A stretch of DNA of 41,982 nucleotides from a virus (taxonomy: Duplodnaviria; Caudoviricetes): the IMG/VR virus record IMGVR_UViG_3300017987_001512, positions 1-41,982 of that record. The stretch is one strand, 5' to 3'. The translations under genes and the position numbers were made by a program. Each line of letters starts with the position of its first letter. Within the stretch, counting starts at the first letter, position 1. Shown here piece by piece: positions 9,390 through 18,985 of the stretch. Below the pieces are notes generated by a model. That model was not told where the DNA came from, ran no database searches, and saw only the letters and a list, made by a program, of their open reading frames with translations.

Positions 9390-12300
9390 ATGAAGACCAA
9401 AGAAATAATAATTACATCAGTTGTAGGAGCATCACTCTTATTATTCGGTGCACCTAAAGCAAATGATCTTGTAAAGAGTAAACAGTATCTAGATAAAGAA
9501 AAGATTGAGAAAGCAATTGATGAATCAACTATTAAAGAAAAATATAAATTCAAAAATGATAAACTTGTATTAGAAAAGAAAGGTGATCGTCCAGAGATTC
9601 TTATTGGTGATGGTTTAGAACCAGGTCTTGAATTTAAGAAATGGGATACGAACTTTAAATTAAAACCTAGATCAAAGAAAATTAAATCTCTAAGTACAAA
9701 GGATAAAGAAATTACTTATGACGATGGCGAGAGTAAATACCGTTTCTATGATTTAGATGATAAGAAAGCAAAAGCAAATGTAGATACTCTAGAAAGAGCA
9801 GATCTCGATACTATTGTTTTTGGAGCAGCAGACCCTGAGATAGATCTTGATGATGCATATGAATTCGAGATTGAATTATCTAAAGCACCTCAAGATGGAA
9901 TCGTTGAAATGGATATTGAAACTGAGAATCTAAAATTTCTATATCAAGACGCTTTGAATATTGAAATGGCAAGTACTACTTGTACACCTACATTATGTGG
10001 AGAAGTCTCAAGACCAGAGAATGTCGTTGGAAGCTATGCTGTATATCATGAAACAAAAGAAGGAGATCTTACAAAACTTGGAGGAGAGAATTATAAAGCT
10101 GGTAAGGTTTTTCATATCTACAGACCAAAGCTCATCGATGCAAATGGAGATTGGATCTGGGGTGAATTATATGTTGATACAGCTCTAGGTATTTTAAGAA
10201 TAACAGGAGATACCTCTTGGTATTCTAAAGCAGCTTATCCAGTAATCGTAGATCCAACTTTTGGATTTACTAGCATAGGTGGTTCATCGTATACAACTAA
10301 TACAGACTATGTTATAGGTGGTATTTTTACTGCACCAGAGGATGGTATCATTGAGAGCATTTCTTTTTATAATCTATCTGGAACATACGATGACGGTCCA
10401 GTTAGAGTCGGAGTTTATGTTGGACCAGATCAGTATCTTATTTCTGGTAATTCTGGCAATGTTTCTCTTTCTGCAGGAGCTTGGGTTTCAGATGATCTAG
10501 AATCAGAAGTAAAGATAGAATCTGGAGAGGAATATACTCTTTCTCATTGGTCTGAAGAAGCTTCTATGAGATACGATACACTGACTAATGGTGCAAAGAG
10601 AGAGAGTGATGCATTTCCATCAGATTGGTGGAATTCTTATATGACTGGAACATTGAGTTATAAGCTCTCGATCTATGCAACGTATACAACTGATATCTCA
10701 ACTGGAGAATTTATTATAGGCGATGCGTCATCTGCTATGTACGATGTTACTTCTTATCTCTCTCATATAACTGCAGCATCAGCGAGGTTAAGTACAACAA
10801 CGTATGTATTTGCATATGATTATGACGAAGATTCTTCTGGCAGAGCAATCATTGCTTCTTCTAGTGGAAGTTCAATCGAGTTCGGTACTTCTTCAGCTTT
10901 TAGTGCTTCTTCATCGAATATAACTGAAACAGTCAAGATGGACGAGTCTACATTTGGTGTTATATATACAGATGGAAGCTACGATCTTAATTACGTAATC
11001 GTTGGTATTGTAAGTGGGACTAGTAGTATTTCATGGACGAATAGAGTTTTGTTACCAACAAACAACGCTTCATCAGAACGAGCTCTCGCTGCTTTATCAA
11101 GTACAAAGCTTGTAGCTTGTTACCCTGATGCAGACACAGATGGTGAATGTGCAATTATAACATTGAGTGGATCAACTATAAGTCTAGGTTCTGGCTACGA
11201 GCATGATACTATTTATTATAACTATGGAAATATAATTGGTGTTATCGATGAGACTCATTTTGTAGTAACGTTCTATGATAATAAAAGTGGCGGTACTCTT
11301 GATAAAAGAATTGGTACTGTTTCTGGTTCATCGATTTCTTATGGTACAAGATACGATTACGACCTCAGCCTTTCATCGATTGATCTTGATAAGATCGTAG
11401 AAGTTTCTGACGATAAATTTTTAATGCTAGGCTCGACTGGTTATAGCCCAGCAACTTTCTATGCTCATTATTTTTCTATAAGTGGATCAACAGTTACAGT
11501 AGAAGATCACTTAGTCTTAGATAATCTTCCTACTGATTGGGATACTTGTGATGGTCTTGTAAAAATAAGTGAGTCTACATTTGTAGTAGGGTATTTTACA
11601 GACAGTTTCAATATGGGTCTTTCTAGAATTTCAATAAATGGTTCAGACGAATTATCACAGGGTTCAATTGTTCACCCATTAATTGGTTCATCGATTCGAG
11701 ATTATAGTTCAGAATTTGAACCAATAGACTCTGAAAAGTTTATATATATGTATCACGATTCAAAGAATTCTACAGGTCGTGCTAGAATAATAACTCTCGG
11801 AGATATTGTTGATACATCTGCTGCTACTGCTATTAGCCAATTTACTGCAACTCTCAATGGTTCAAATGCTCTCGTAGAAGAAACAGCAATGGAGGTTTAT
11901 TTTAGATATGGTACAGCATCTGACACATATACTGCTACTACAACTTTAGAGTATACAGAGGCAAGTGCAGCTTTCGATGCAGTTCTTACAAATCTTCTAG
12001 ATCCATCTACAACATATTATTTCAGAGCATATGGTAGAGGAACTTCAACTGGTTCTACTGTTATTTATGAAGGAGCAGAAGAGTCATTTATTACTTCTAG
12101 TTACGATCCAGTTACAACAACTGAAGTTTCTAATGTAGATCAGACTTCTGCTAGATTCAATGGAACAATCGATGATATGGGAAAATTCGCAGAGATTGAT
12201 CTCTGCTTCATGTATGGTATCGAAGCATTTACTGCTACAAGTTCTTGCGATACCCTTTCTGGTACAGGTGCTGGTTTTGTAGATCTAACTGGTTTAACTA

Positions 12301-13526
12301 CTTTCTCAGTATATCAATATAGAGCATTTGCTTCTACATCTGATGGGATCTGGTATGATGATACAACAATCGAATTCTTTACAGCAGACGTTTCTACTAC
12401 GACTGATACAACAATAGATTGGAATACTGGTACTCTTGCTACTACAACTGCAGAAGATGGTTCATTAAAACTGGATCTCATCGGTGGAGGTGGTGGAACT
12501 CTTACTTTTCTAGGTTCTACAGAACAAGATCAATCAACATCAGGTACAACTTGGACTCGAACGCATTCATGTCAGAATGGTACAAGTCGAGCAGTTATTA
12601 TCGCAATCAACGTTTCACAAGTATCGACTGATAATATAGTTACAGCAGTATCATACGATGGAGTCTCAGCTACAAAGATCGAAGATACTCCATGCTCTGC
12701 TTGTAGTTCTGATCCACATGTTTCATTATGGTTTCTTAACGAAGACGATCTTTCATGTACTGCTGGTACATATAATCTTGTTGCAACTCTTTCTGCATCT
12801 GAACAAGGTGAAACATTAATGTACTGGTTTGATGGAGCAAGCCAAGATGTTCCAACGAATTACTTAAATATCTGGTCTATCAATAATGATGTTGCTACCT
12901 ATGAAAATACAATAACAGATACTACAGATGGAAGTATTATCTTAGATCAATTCTACAGTGAGTATACTGGAGACAATGCTACAGTTGGAGCAGGACAAAC
13001 AGAGATCAGAGCAGATGAAGGTGTTCCTAATGAAGGATCTGCTTATTCAAGTCGAGAAGCTTCTAGCGGGGGTGATGTTACAATGACGTGGAATAATACT
13101 TCTAATTCAGGTGGGTGGGAGAAAGTTCATATGGTTGTTGAAGTTGAAGTAGGAGGAGAAGCTACTACAACGTCTGGTTATAGAATCTCAGATCCACTCG
13201 ATGTTGGTATAATTGAAAGTGTAGATGCAAGTATTATCGAATGGGCAACTACAACAGCAGCAAGTAGTACAGCAGAATTCTACGCACTGATTAATAGTAG
13301 TACATCTACTCCACCAGCTGGAGTTTGGGATTTAGTTAGTAATGGTGGTTCAATTCCAGATGCTACAGGAGATCTTTCAGGAAAGTATTTATGGACTAAG
13401 ATTGATTTAACAAGTATCGATGGAATAGAACAACCAACAGTAGAATGGTTAAGATATGGAATCAACGATGGAGGAGCAACATCTTCTCCAGCTACATCTA
13501 CGAGAAGGATCATTTGGATATATTAA
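9390..13526 (+). CDS. Large exported multidomain adhesin/receptor-binding-like protein
   Basis: 1378 aa: hydrophobic N-terminus, domain ending YPVIVDPTFG, beta-propeller-like repeats (SGSSISYG/SGSTISLG), two FN3-like units (ATLNG...PSTTYYFRAY; ARFNG...YQYRAF) and a C-terminal beta domain. Confidence 0.75.
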   Translation: MKTKEIIITSVVGASLLLFGAPKANDLVKSKQYLDKEKIEKAIDESTIKEKYKFKNDKLVLEKKGDRPEILIGDGLEPGLEFKKWDTNFKLKPRSKKIKSLSTKDKEITYDDGESKYRFYDLDDKKAKANVDTLERADLDTIVFGAADPEIDLDDAYEFEIELSKAPQDGIVEMDIETENLKFLYQDALNIEMASTTCTPTLCGEVSRPENVVGSYAVYHETKEGDLTKLGGENYKAGKVFHIYRPKLIDANGDWIWGELYVDTALGILRITGDTSWYSKAAYPVIVDPTFGFTSIGGSSYTTNTDYVIGGIFTAPEDGIIESISFYNLSGTYDDGPVRVGVYVGPDQYLISGNSGNVSLSAGAWVSDDLESEVKIESGEEYTLSHWSEEASMRYDTLTNGAKRESDAFPSDWWNSYMTGTLSYKLSIYATYTTDISTGEFIIGDASSAMYDVTSYLSHITAASARLSTTTYVFAYDYDEDSSGRAIIASSSGSSIEFGTSSAFSASSSNITETVKMDESTFGVIYTDGSYDLNYVIVGIVSGTSSISWTNRVLLPTNNASSERALAALSSTKLVACYPDADTDGECAIITLSGSTISLGSGYEHDTIYYNYGNIIGVIDETHFVVTFYDNKSGGTLDKRIGTVSGSSISYGTRYDYDLSLSSIDLDKIVEVSDDKFLMLGSTGYSPATFYAHYFSISGSTVTVEDHLVLDNLPTDWDTCDGLVKISESTFVVGYFTDSFNMGLSRISINGSDELSQGSIVHPLIGSSIRDYSSEFEPIDSEKFIYMYHDSKNSTGRARIITLGDIVDTSAATAISQFTATLNGSNALVEETAMEVYFRYGTASDTYTATTTLEYTEASAAFDAVLTNLLDPSTTYYFRAYGRGTSTGSTVIYEGAEESFITSSYDPVTTTEVSNVDQTSARFNGTIDDMGKFAEIDLCFMYGIEAFTATSSCDTLSGTGAGFVDLTGLTTFSVYQYRAFASTSDGIWYDDTTIEFFTADVSTTTDTTIDWNTGTLATTTAEDGSLKLDLIGGGGGTLTFLGSTEQDQSTSGTTWTRTHSCQNGTSRAVIIAINVSQVSTDNIVTAVSYDGVSATKIEDTPCSACSSDPHVSLWFLNEDDLSCTAGTYNLVATLSASEQGETLMYWFDGASQDVPTNYLNIWSINNDVATYENTITDTTDGSIILDQFYSEYTGDNATVGAGQTEIRADEGVPNEGSAYSSREASSGGDVTMTWNNTSNSGGWEKVHMVVEVEVGGEATTTSGYRISDPLDVGIIESVDASIIEWATTTAASSTAEFYALINSSTSTPPAGVWDLVSNGGSIPDATGDLSGKYLWTKIDLTSIDGIEQPTVEWLRYGINDGGATSSPATSTRRIIWIY

Positions 13527-13533
13527 AGGTCGA

Positions 13534-13542
13534 TGATATAAT
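13534..13542 (+). promoter_or_regulatory. Putative extended -10 promoter for the lysis cassette
   Basis: TGATATAAT (TGnTATAAT) 18 nt upstream of the holin ATG; similar TGATATACT at 6013-6021. Confidence 0.45.
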
Positions 13543-13560
13543 AAATAAACAAAAACAAAT

Positions 13561-14058
13561 ATGCAGAGATTTCAAAGTATGTTCCAGTATTTCTGGGCAA
13601 AGCTACCAGTTGCATTACCACTCAGCTACTTTACTATTTCAGCTGAGCAAACATTAATCGTAACAGGTCTAGCTTTCATGGTATTCATTGATACAATTCT
13701 AGGTCTATGGGTATCTTATAAATTCAGAATATTCACAAGTCACAGACTTGGAAGAATAGCTGATAAAATTTCTAAGTACTTTCTAGCACTTGCTAGTATT
13801 TGGATTCTAGTTTGCGTTAATGAATTACTCTTTTCCTGGGCTTTCCAATTCGTGGGGATATTTCTAATTCTCACAGAGCTCTTCAGTAACTTTGAAAAGC
13901 TCTCTCTGTTAGGACTAGAAGTTCCAACTAAGTTCTTAGCAAAATTAAATAAAAATTTCCATGAATATTATTTTGGAGATAGCGAATCAAGAGAAGGCGC
14001 AATAAAGCGAATCCTTGATAAACAAAATTGTCCACCTATAACAAGGAGGGGAAAATGA
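13561..14058 (+). CDS. Holin (toxin secretion/phage lysis holin family-like)
   Basis: Several TMs with motifs FIDTILGLW, TSHRL..IADK and ELFSNFEKLSLLGLEVP typical of Phage_holin_4_1. Confidence 0.8.
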   Translation: MQRFQSMFQYFWAKLPVALPLSYFTISAEQTLIVTGLAFMVFIDTILGLWVSYKFRIFTSHRLGRIADKISKYFLALASIWILVCVNELLFSWAFQFVGIFLILTELFSNFEKLSLLGLEVPTKFLAKLNKNFHEYYFGDSESREGAIKRILDKQNCPPITRRGK

Positions 14059-14171
14059 TAGAGACAATTAAATTCTACAGTGCAGTAATCGTCTGCTTCT
14101 TTGGTTTAGTTCTCATTCTTATATGCTCGAGAATCTTTCCTAGAACATTTGAAAAGATCACCGGTATCTAA
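14055..14171 (+). CDS. Small single-TM protein (38 aa, absent from ORF track)
   Basis: MIETIKFYSAVIVCFFGLVLILICSRIFPRTFEKITGI*, with ATGA overlap with the holin stop and SD AAGGAGG upstream. Confidence 0.6.
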   Translation: MIETIKFYSAVIVCFFGLVLILICSRIFPRTFEKITGI

Positions 14172-14180
14172 GGAGGAGCT

Positions 14181-14492
14181 ATGACATGCTCATATGGTTT
14201 ATGTCCGAGATGTCTAACGTATAAGATGCTAACAAAGCATCACATATTACCAAAGAGGTTTTTTAAGAATCAGAAGAAACCACCAATCCTTTACATCTGT
14301 AGAGACTGTCATAATGAATTAGAATTACTAATTCCTTTTCGTAAAAAGAAAGATGAGAGTTTCTATTTAAAGACAGCAAGAAAATTTTTAGAAGAGGGGG
14401 TGAGAAATGAAAAAAGACTGGTGGTCAATGCTAGAGTCAAGAGATCCTACAAAAATCGAATACGACCACAACAGTGGTCTAGTCAGAGCTAG
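14181..14492 (+). CDS. HNH endonuclease-like protein
   Basis: CPRC...TKHHILP...ICRDCHNE; SD AGGAGG upstream. Confidence 0.8.
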   Translation: MTCSYGLCPRCLTYKMLTKHHILPKRFFKNQKKPPILYICRDCHNELELLIPFRKKKDESFYLKTARKFLEEGVRNEKRLVVNARVKRSYKNRIRPQQWSSQS

Positions 14493-14604
14493 GAAAGAAC
14501 CAACAAAAACCTGGAAGTACGGCAAGAGAGTAAAAGAAGCACGATGGTCCATCACTGAGGGTTACGCTCTTATCGAAAGGGGGAGCAATTGCAATCCGAA
14601 ATAA
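14407..14604 (+). CDS. Hypothetical protein
   Basis: 65 aa; strong SD GAGGGGGTGA upstream, overlaps the HNH tail, followed by a hairpin. Confidence 0.5.
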   Translation: MKKDWWSMLESRDPTKIEYDHNSGLVRARKEPTKTWKYGKRVKEARWSITEGYALIERGSNCNPK

Positions 14605-14614
14605 ATTCAACCTA

Positions 14615-14645
14615 AGAGCCGGTCTAATCGCTGGCTCTGCTTTTC
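14615..14645 (+). terminator. Putative intrinsic terminator
   Basis: AGAGCCGG-tctaatcg-CTGGCTCT then GCTTTT. Confidence 0.55.
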
Positions 14646-14672
14646 AATCTAATTATTAAAATAGAAAAAAGT

Positions 14673-14960
14673 ATGACAATCTTACTAACTCTAATTATCA
14701 CAGGAGTAACACAAGCTGTGAAATTAGTTTCAAGGATGTTCGGAGTTTCAAAGCAAGTATCAACGATGTTGGTATATGGTTTGTTATTCGTACTTGTGTT
14801 TCTGTTTACTGCAGCTCAACAATTCCCGAAGCTTGCTGAACAGATTTTATTCTTCGGGACTGTGCTGACTGGCTCGATCGGTACTTACGAGCTATTGCTC
14901 AACAAGACTGGTCTAGACAGTTTATTTAAAAACTCTTTAGAAATCAAACGTAAAGAATAA
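14673..14960 (+). CDS. Small multi-TM membrane protein (second holin-like)
   Basis: 95 aa with 2-3 hydrophobic segments (ITGVTQAVK; GSIGTYELL) directly upstream of the peptidase. Confidence 0.6.
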   Translation: MTILLTLIITGVTQAVKLVSRMFGVSKQVSTMLVYGLLFVLVFLFTAAQQFPKLAEQILFFGTVLTGSIGTYELLLNKTGLDSLFKNSLEIKRKE

Positions 14961-14962
14961 GT

Positions 14963-15976
14963 ATGATTCAAGAAAACAAATTCTTAGCACCAGTTCAAAA
15001 GTTAAAACATAACATTGAGACAACTGGTCTTAAGGAAAAAGGATTCGATCTTGATAATGAGATCGCTTCCCTTGATCCAAGGAATTATCAATTTGGTGAA
15101 CACTTTGAAGAGGATATCTTTGGAGCAGTTCTCCCAGATCGTTTTCTTTGGAAACAAGCTGAACTTCCTAAGTTACCTTTTCAGAATTCTATCTTTAGTT
15201 GTGTTAGTGCTACATGCTCTTTTATCAACTCATTTAATTCTAAGAGACAAGGCAATGATGTATTCCTTGCTTGGAGATATCCTTATGCTTTAGTACCCCA
15301 TTATTCAGGCGGTACAAGTGTTAAAGATAATCTTAGTGTTCTACAGAAGAGAGGACAATGCGAAGATAACTTCCTCCCTGAAAGATTATTCTATCATGGA
15401 GAAAAGGAAATGCAAAATCCAGCAAACATTACAGCAGCAGCACATAAGAATGCTAGAAACTATAGAATCAAAGCTTATTACTTTCTTAAAGCTTGGAATG
15501 AAATAGAAATGAAAACTGCTATAATGAAAGCTCCAACAGGAGTAGGTCTATACATTGGTAACAATTGGTATAGTTCAAAAGATAACAATCCCGGAAGACC
15601 AATCAAATGGGATGGAGTTAAGAAATACGGTCATCTGATTTCATTCGTCGGATGGAACCAGAAGGGATATATATTTGCAGACTGGGACGGAAGAGGTCTT
15701 CACGTTCTAGATTATTCATATCCTTTATTCTTGTCATTCTTGATACATGACATGAGTGACAAACTTAAAGCAATGCTTATGAAACCATACAAGCTAGAAG
15801 GGACTAATCGTCTCTTAGTAGTTCTTCCAAACGGTAAATATCAATTTATCGATTCTGTTGCACAGTGGCAAGCACTCAATGCAAAGAAATTGATTCTGGG
15901 AGAAACAAAGAAAATAACTCAAGCTGAGTTAAATAAATTAGAAAAAGACAATAGTCCAATTGTCGTAGTAAAATAA
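14963..15976 (+). CDS. Papain-like (C1) cysteine peptidase with C-terminal surface-binding-like domain
   Basis: DPRNY propeptide, LPDRF, Q-NSIFS-C (oxyanion Gln and catalytic Cys), GGTS, GHLISFVGW (His), ADW (Asp in place of NSW Asn). C-terminus VLPNGKYQFIDS...ITQAELNKL resembles surface-binding repeats. Confidence 0.8.
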   Translation: MIQENKFLAPVQKLKHNIETTGLKEKGFDLDNEIASLDPRNYQFGEHFEEDIFGAVLPDRFLWKQAELPKLPFQNSIFSCVSATCSFINSFNSKRQGNDVFLAWRYPYALVPHYSGGTSVKDNLSVLQKRGQCEDNFLPERLFYHGEKEMQNPANITAAAHKNARNYRIKAYYFLKAWNEIEMKTAIMKAPTGVGLYIGNNWYSSKDNNPGRPIKWDGVKKYGHLISFVGWNQKGYIFADWDGRGLHVLDYSYPLFLSFLIHDMSDKLKAMLMKPYKLEGTNRLLVVLPNGKYQFIDSVAQWQALNAKKLILGETKKITQAELNKLEKDNSPIVVVK

Positions 15977-15980
15977 AAAT

Positions 15981-17177
15981 ATGCAAACACTTCAGTATTC
16001 AAAATTATCTACTGAGCTACAGAATCTAATTGGTTCAACTGGTAATGTCAAAGCTGGTACTTCTGTTATAAGAGAAATCTTTAATAGAGTACTCGATGAT
16101 CTATCACTCTATGCTAATTGGAAATTCTGTGTCAGAAGAAAAGAATTTGATTACTTGGATGCATTAGTAGAATATAGTCTAGAAAACTATATGGGGATAT
16201 CAGATTTTAAATCTCCATACGAGCTTGGAGGTATTGGATTCGTAGACGATAGAAGTTTCTTTCCAAAGAGAAACACTGTTAGAAATAGAATCAATAGCGA
16301 CAATAAATATGGCTCTAGTAGTTTTAGAAGGCACAGTCAGAAAATGATTAATGGTGAGCACTATATTCTAGTTAACCTTGATAAAGGTAATACACTAAGA
16401 GTTGATTCATTAGACAATGTAGATTACGATGGAGAATGGGTTAAGGTGGGAGATGCGTTAGATCCTGCTCAAGACCTCATCGAGTACAGACAAGGTCAAG
16501 CTTCATTGAAGTTTAGAATTTCTACAGCAGGAGGAAATAACTATGCTGGTATTAAAAATATTACACTAGCACAGAAGAATCTTTCTGATTATGAAGATGC
16601 AGGTATTCATCTCTTAGAATGTTATATCCCATATGCTGGATGTACTGGTATTACAATCTATTGGGGTTCTGATACAAGTAATTACTGGGCAGCATCTGCT
16701 ACTACTCCAATCAATCAATCTGCAATCGCAGTTGGATGGAACGAGTTTAAACTTAACTGGGAGAATGCTACTCAGATAGGTTCTCCAGATGCAGAGAACT
16801 GTGATTACTTCGAAGTTCGATTTAATTTCCCATCAGCTACTTATACTGATAATGCTTTATTCAGAGTTGATAATTGGAGACTCTCTTCAATCTTCAGAAT
16901 GGATTTTGATTATTTCTCAAAGTACATGGTAATTGATGCAGATGGAAATTGGAAGTCAAGATTCACAGAGAACGATGATTACTTTGCTGGCGATGAGGAT
17001 TGCTCAGCAGTATTAATCGAGATGGCTTTCAAAGAATTATTGAGAACTACTCGGAGAGTTAGTCAAAAAGATAAAGACGATGCTACAAGAAAGTACAATG
17101 AATTGAAAGCTCGGATGAAACATAACTATGGAGTTAGCATCCAAAAAGGATCTAAGAAAATAAATATCAAGAGATAA
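15981..17177 (+). CDS. Putative head-tail adaptor (P22 gp4-like) with inserted beta-sandwich domain
   Basis: Helical N- and C-termini (FNRVLDDL...NWKF) flank a beta domain (GWNEFKLNW...GSPD...FRVDNWRL); precedes the nozzle gene. Confidence 0.6.
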   Translation: MQTLQYSKLSTELQNLIGSTGNVKAGTSVIREIFNRVLDDLSLYANWKFCVRRKEFDYLDALVEYSLENYMGISDFKSPYELGGIGFVDDRSFFPKRNTVRNRINSDNKYGSSSFRRHSQKMINGEHYILVNLDKGNTLRVDSLDNVDYDGEWVKVGDALDPAQDLIEYRQGQASLKFRISTAGGNNYAGIKNITLAQKNLSDYEDAGIHLLECYIPYAGCTGITIYWGSDTSNYWAASATTPINQSAIAVGWNEFKLNWENATQIGSPDAENCDYFEVRFNFPSATYTDNALFRVDNWRLSSIFRMDFDYFSKYMVIDADGNWKSRFTENDDYFAGDEDCSAVLIEMAFKELLRTTRRVSQKDKDDATRKYNELKARMKHNYGVSIQKGSKKINIKR

Positions 17178-17178
17178 T

Positions 17179-18984
17179 ATGTCTAGGATAATTCAAAGAG
17201 AAAAATATCGAGGAATGATAACGAGAAATCCTGTAACGAAGAATCATCCTGACACTGCATTCTTAGCTTGGAATATTAAAATAACTGGAGAAGGTATTGA
17301 ACCAGTTAAAGGCTTTGAGAAATACGGAGGAGATGCTCCAGCTGATGGACAACAAATCTCAGATGCTTTTACATTTACTCTTCAGTCAGGAGAAGAGATT
17401 CCTTTAAGAATAAGAAGAGCTGCTGCAGAAGCAGTATTAGAATGGTACGATGCTACGAATGAGTTATGGTATATTCTTCTTCCAGGCTTATCTCTAACAA
17501 ATCATTTTTCATTCTTCGATTATAATACTAGTACAGGGAACATGTTATTCTTTGGCAATGGCATAGAGAATTACTCTCTCTGGACTGGATTAAAAACAAG
17601 ATTGATTCAACAAGTCAATGCAACAGATACAAAAGTTTATGTATCGTCTACTTCAGGTTTTGCTGCAACAGGTACAATTATTTACAATGGAACTGAGATA
17701 GCATACTCTGCTCTTGGTTCTGATGGTACAGGTGCTTACTTTGAAGTAGGCTCTGCTCATGCATCTGATGGTGCAGCAGATGCAGTAGCGATTGCTGTTG
17801 ATGATGCAACGTATTCAGGAGTTGCTCTTTCGAAGATAATGATCTCTGCTCAGAACAGAGCATACCTCGTCGATGAAGACGATCCTAACTCAATGGAGTA
17901 TTCTGTTGAAGGAGATGCTACTGATTGGACAGCAGGAGATACTAGAGCAGATGCTGGTATTGAAGACTTCCCAATTGTTGGTGGAAGAATTACTGGCTTA
18001 GCTGCAAAGGATTCTTATATCTTTATCTTCAAAGAGAAAACAATTATCTTGTTCAAATGGAATTATCCAACACGTACTACAAAAACTCCAGACTTCAAAC
18101 ACATTGTTACTGGAGCTGACGTTGGTGCTATTGGACATCGAGGCATTTCAAATGTCTACAAAGAAATTCTATATGTAACAAGAAACGGTATTAGATCTTT
18201 AACACAAGATATCTATACTGATGATTGGAATGCTGAACCAATCTCAGAAGTAATTCATCCATCAATTAAGAACTACGTCTTTGATGAAGATACTGTTAGT
18301 ATCTATTATGAGAAAGAAGATGTTTATCTTGTCTCTTGCAAATCAGATGCTAATCAAGCTAATAATAATAGAGTCATTGCTCTATGGTATTATACTGAAA
18401 CTGATGCAGAGGGTAATCAAGTTAGAAAGAAAGGTTTCTCTATTCTTGATTGGACAGTTGGTTCTTGGTTTATCTACGGTGGAGATTTATATTTTGGTTC
18501 TTCTATGGAAGGAGCAGTTTATAAAGCTTTCGTTGGATATTCAAAAGATGGTACAGCAATTAAATCTATCTATGCAGATAACAGAAATGACTATGGTTCT
18601 AAAACATTAAAAGGAGCACAGTCGTTACAAGTCTTCGGTCTTATTAAATCTGGTACAAAGATTGATTATGAAATTGTATTTGATGGAGGAAGACAATCGT
18701 CTCAAACATTTACTGTCGATGCTGCTGGAAAATATGTTACAAAGAGTACACTAAAAACTCTTGGAACATTCAAGCTCGGTGAAGAAGTACTAGGGGGAAC
18801 ACTTGAAGAGACAGAAGATCTTATGTTATTTGATTTCACAATAGAATTACAAAATAAACAGTTCTTTGATTTACAATTATCAAGGACACAATTAAAGGCA
18901 GGTGGATATTTTAAAATCTTCTCCGAGGGATTAGTTGAGCCTGAAGAAGAATTCGATGTACCACTTGATACCTTTCATGAATAA
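17179..18984 (+). CDS. Putative tail nozzle/stabilisation protein (P22 gp10-like beta-propeller)
   Basis: 601 aa with GGRITGL, IFIFKEKTI, VGAIG, YVTRNGIRSL and PISEVIHP motifs. Confidence 0.7.
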   Translation: MSRIIQREKYRGMITRNPVTKNHPDTAFLAWNIKITGEGIEPVKGFEKYGGDAPADGQQISDAFTFTLQSGEEIPLRIRRAAAEAVLEWYDATNELWYILLPGLSLTNHFSFFDYNTSTGNMLFFGNGIENYSLWTGLKTRLIQQVNATDTKVYVSSTSGFAATGTIIYNGTEIAYSALGSDGTGAYFEVGSAHASDGAADAVAIAVDDATYSGVALSKIMISAQNRAYLVDEDDPNSMEYSVEGDATDWTAGDTRADAGIEDFPIVGGRITGLAAKDSYIFIFKEKTIILFKWNYPTRTTKTPDFKHIVTGADVGAIGHRGISNVYKEILYVTRNGIRSLTQDIYTDDWNAEPISEVIHPSIKNYVFDEDTVSIYYEKEDVYLVSCKSDANQANNNRVIALWYYTETDAEGNQVRKKGFSILDWTVGSWFIYGGDLYFGSSMEGAVYKAFVGYSKDGTAIKSIYADNRNDYGSKTLKGAQSLQVFGLIKSGTKIDYEIVFDGGRQSSQTFTVDAAGKYVTKSTLKTLGTFKLGEEVLGGTLEETEDLMLFDFTIELQNKQFFDLQLSRTQLKAGGYFKIFSEGLVEPEEEFDVPLDTFHE

Positions 18985-18985
18985 T

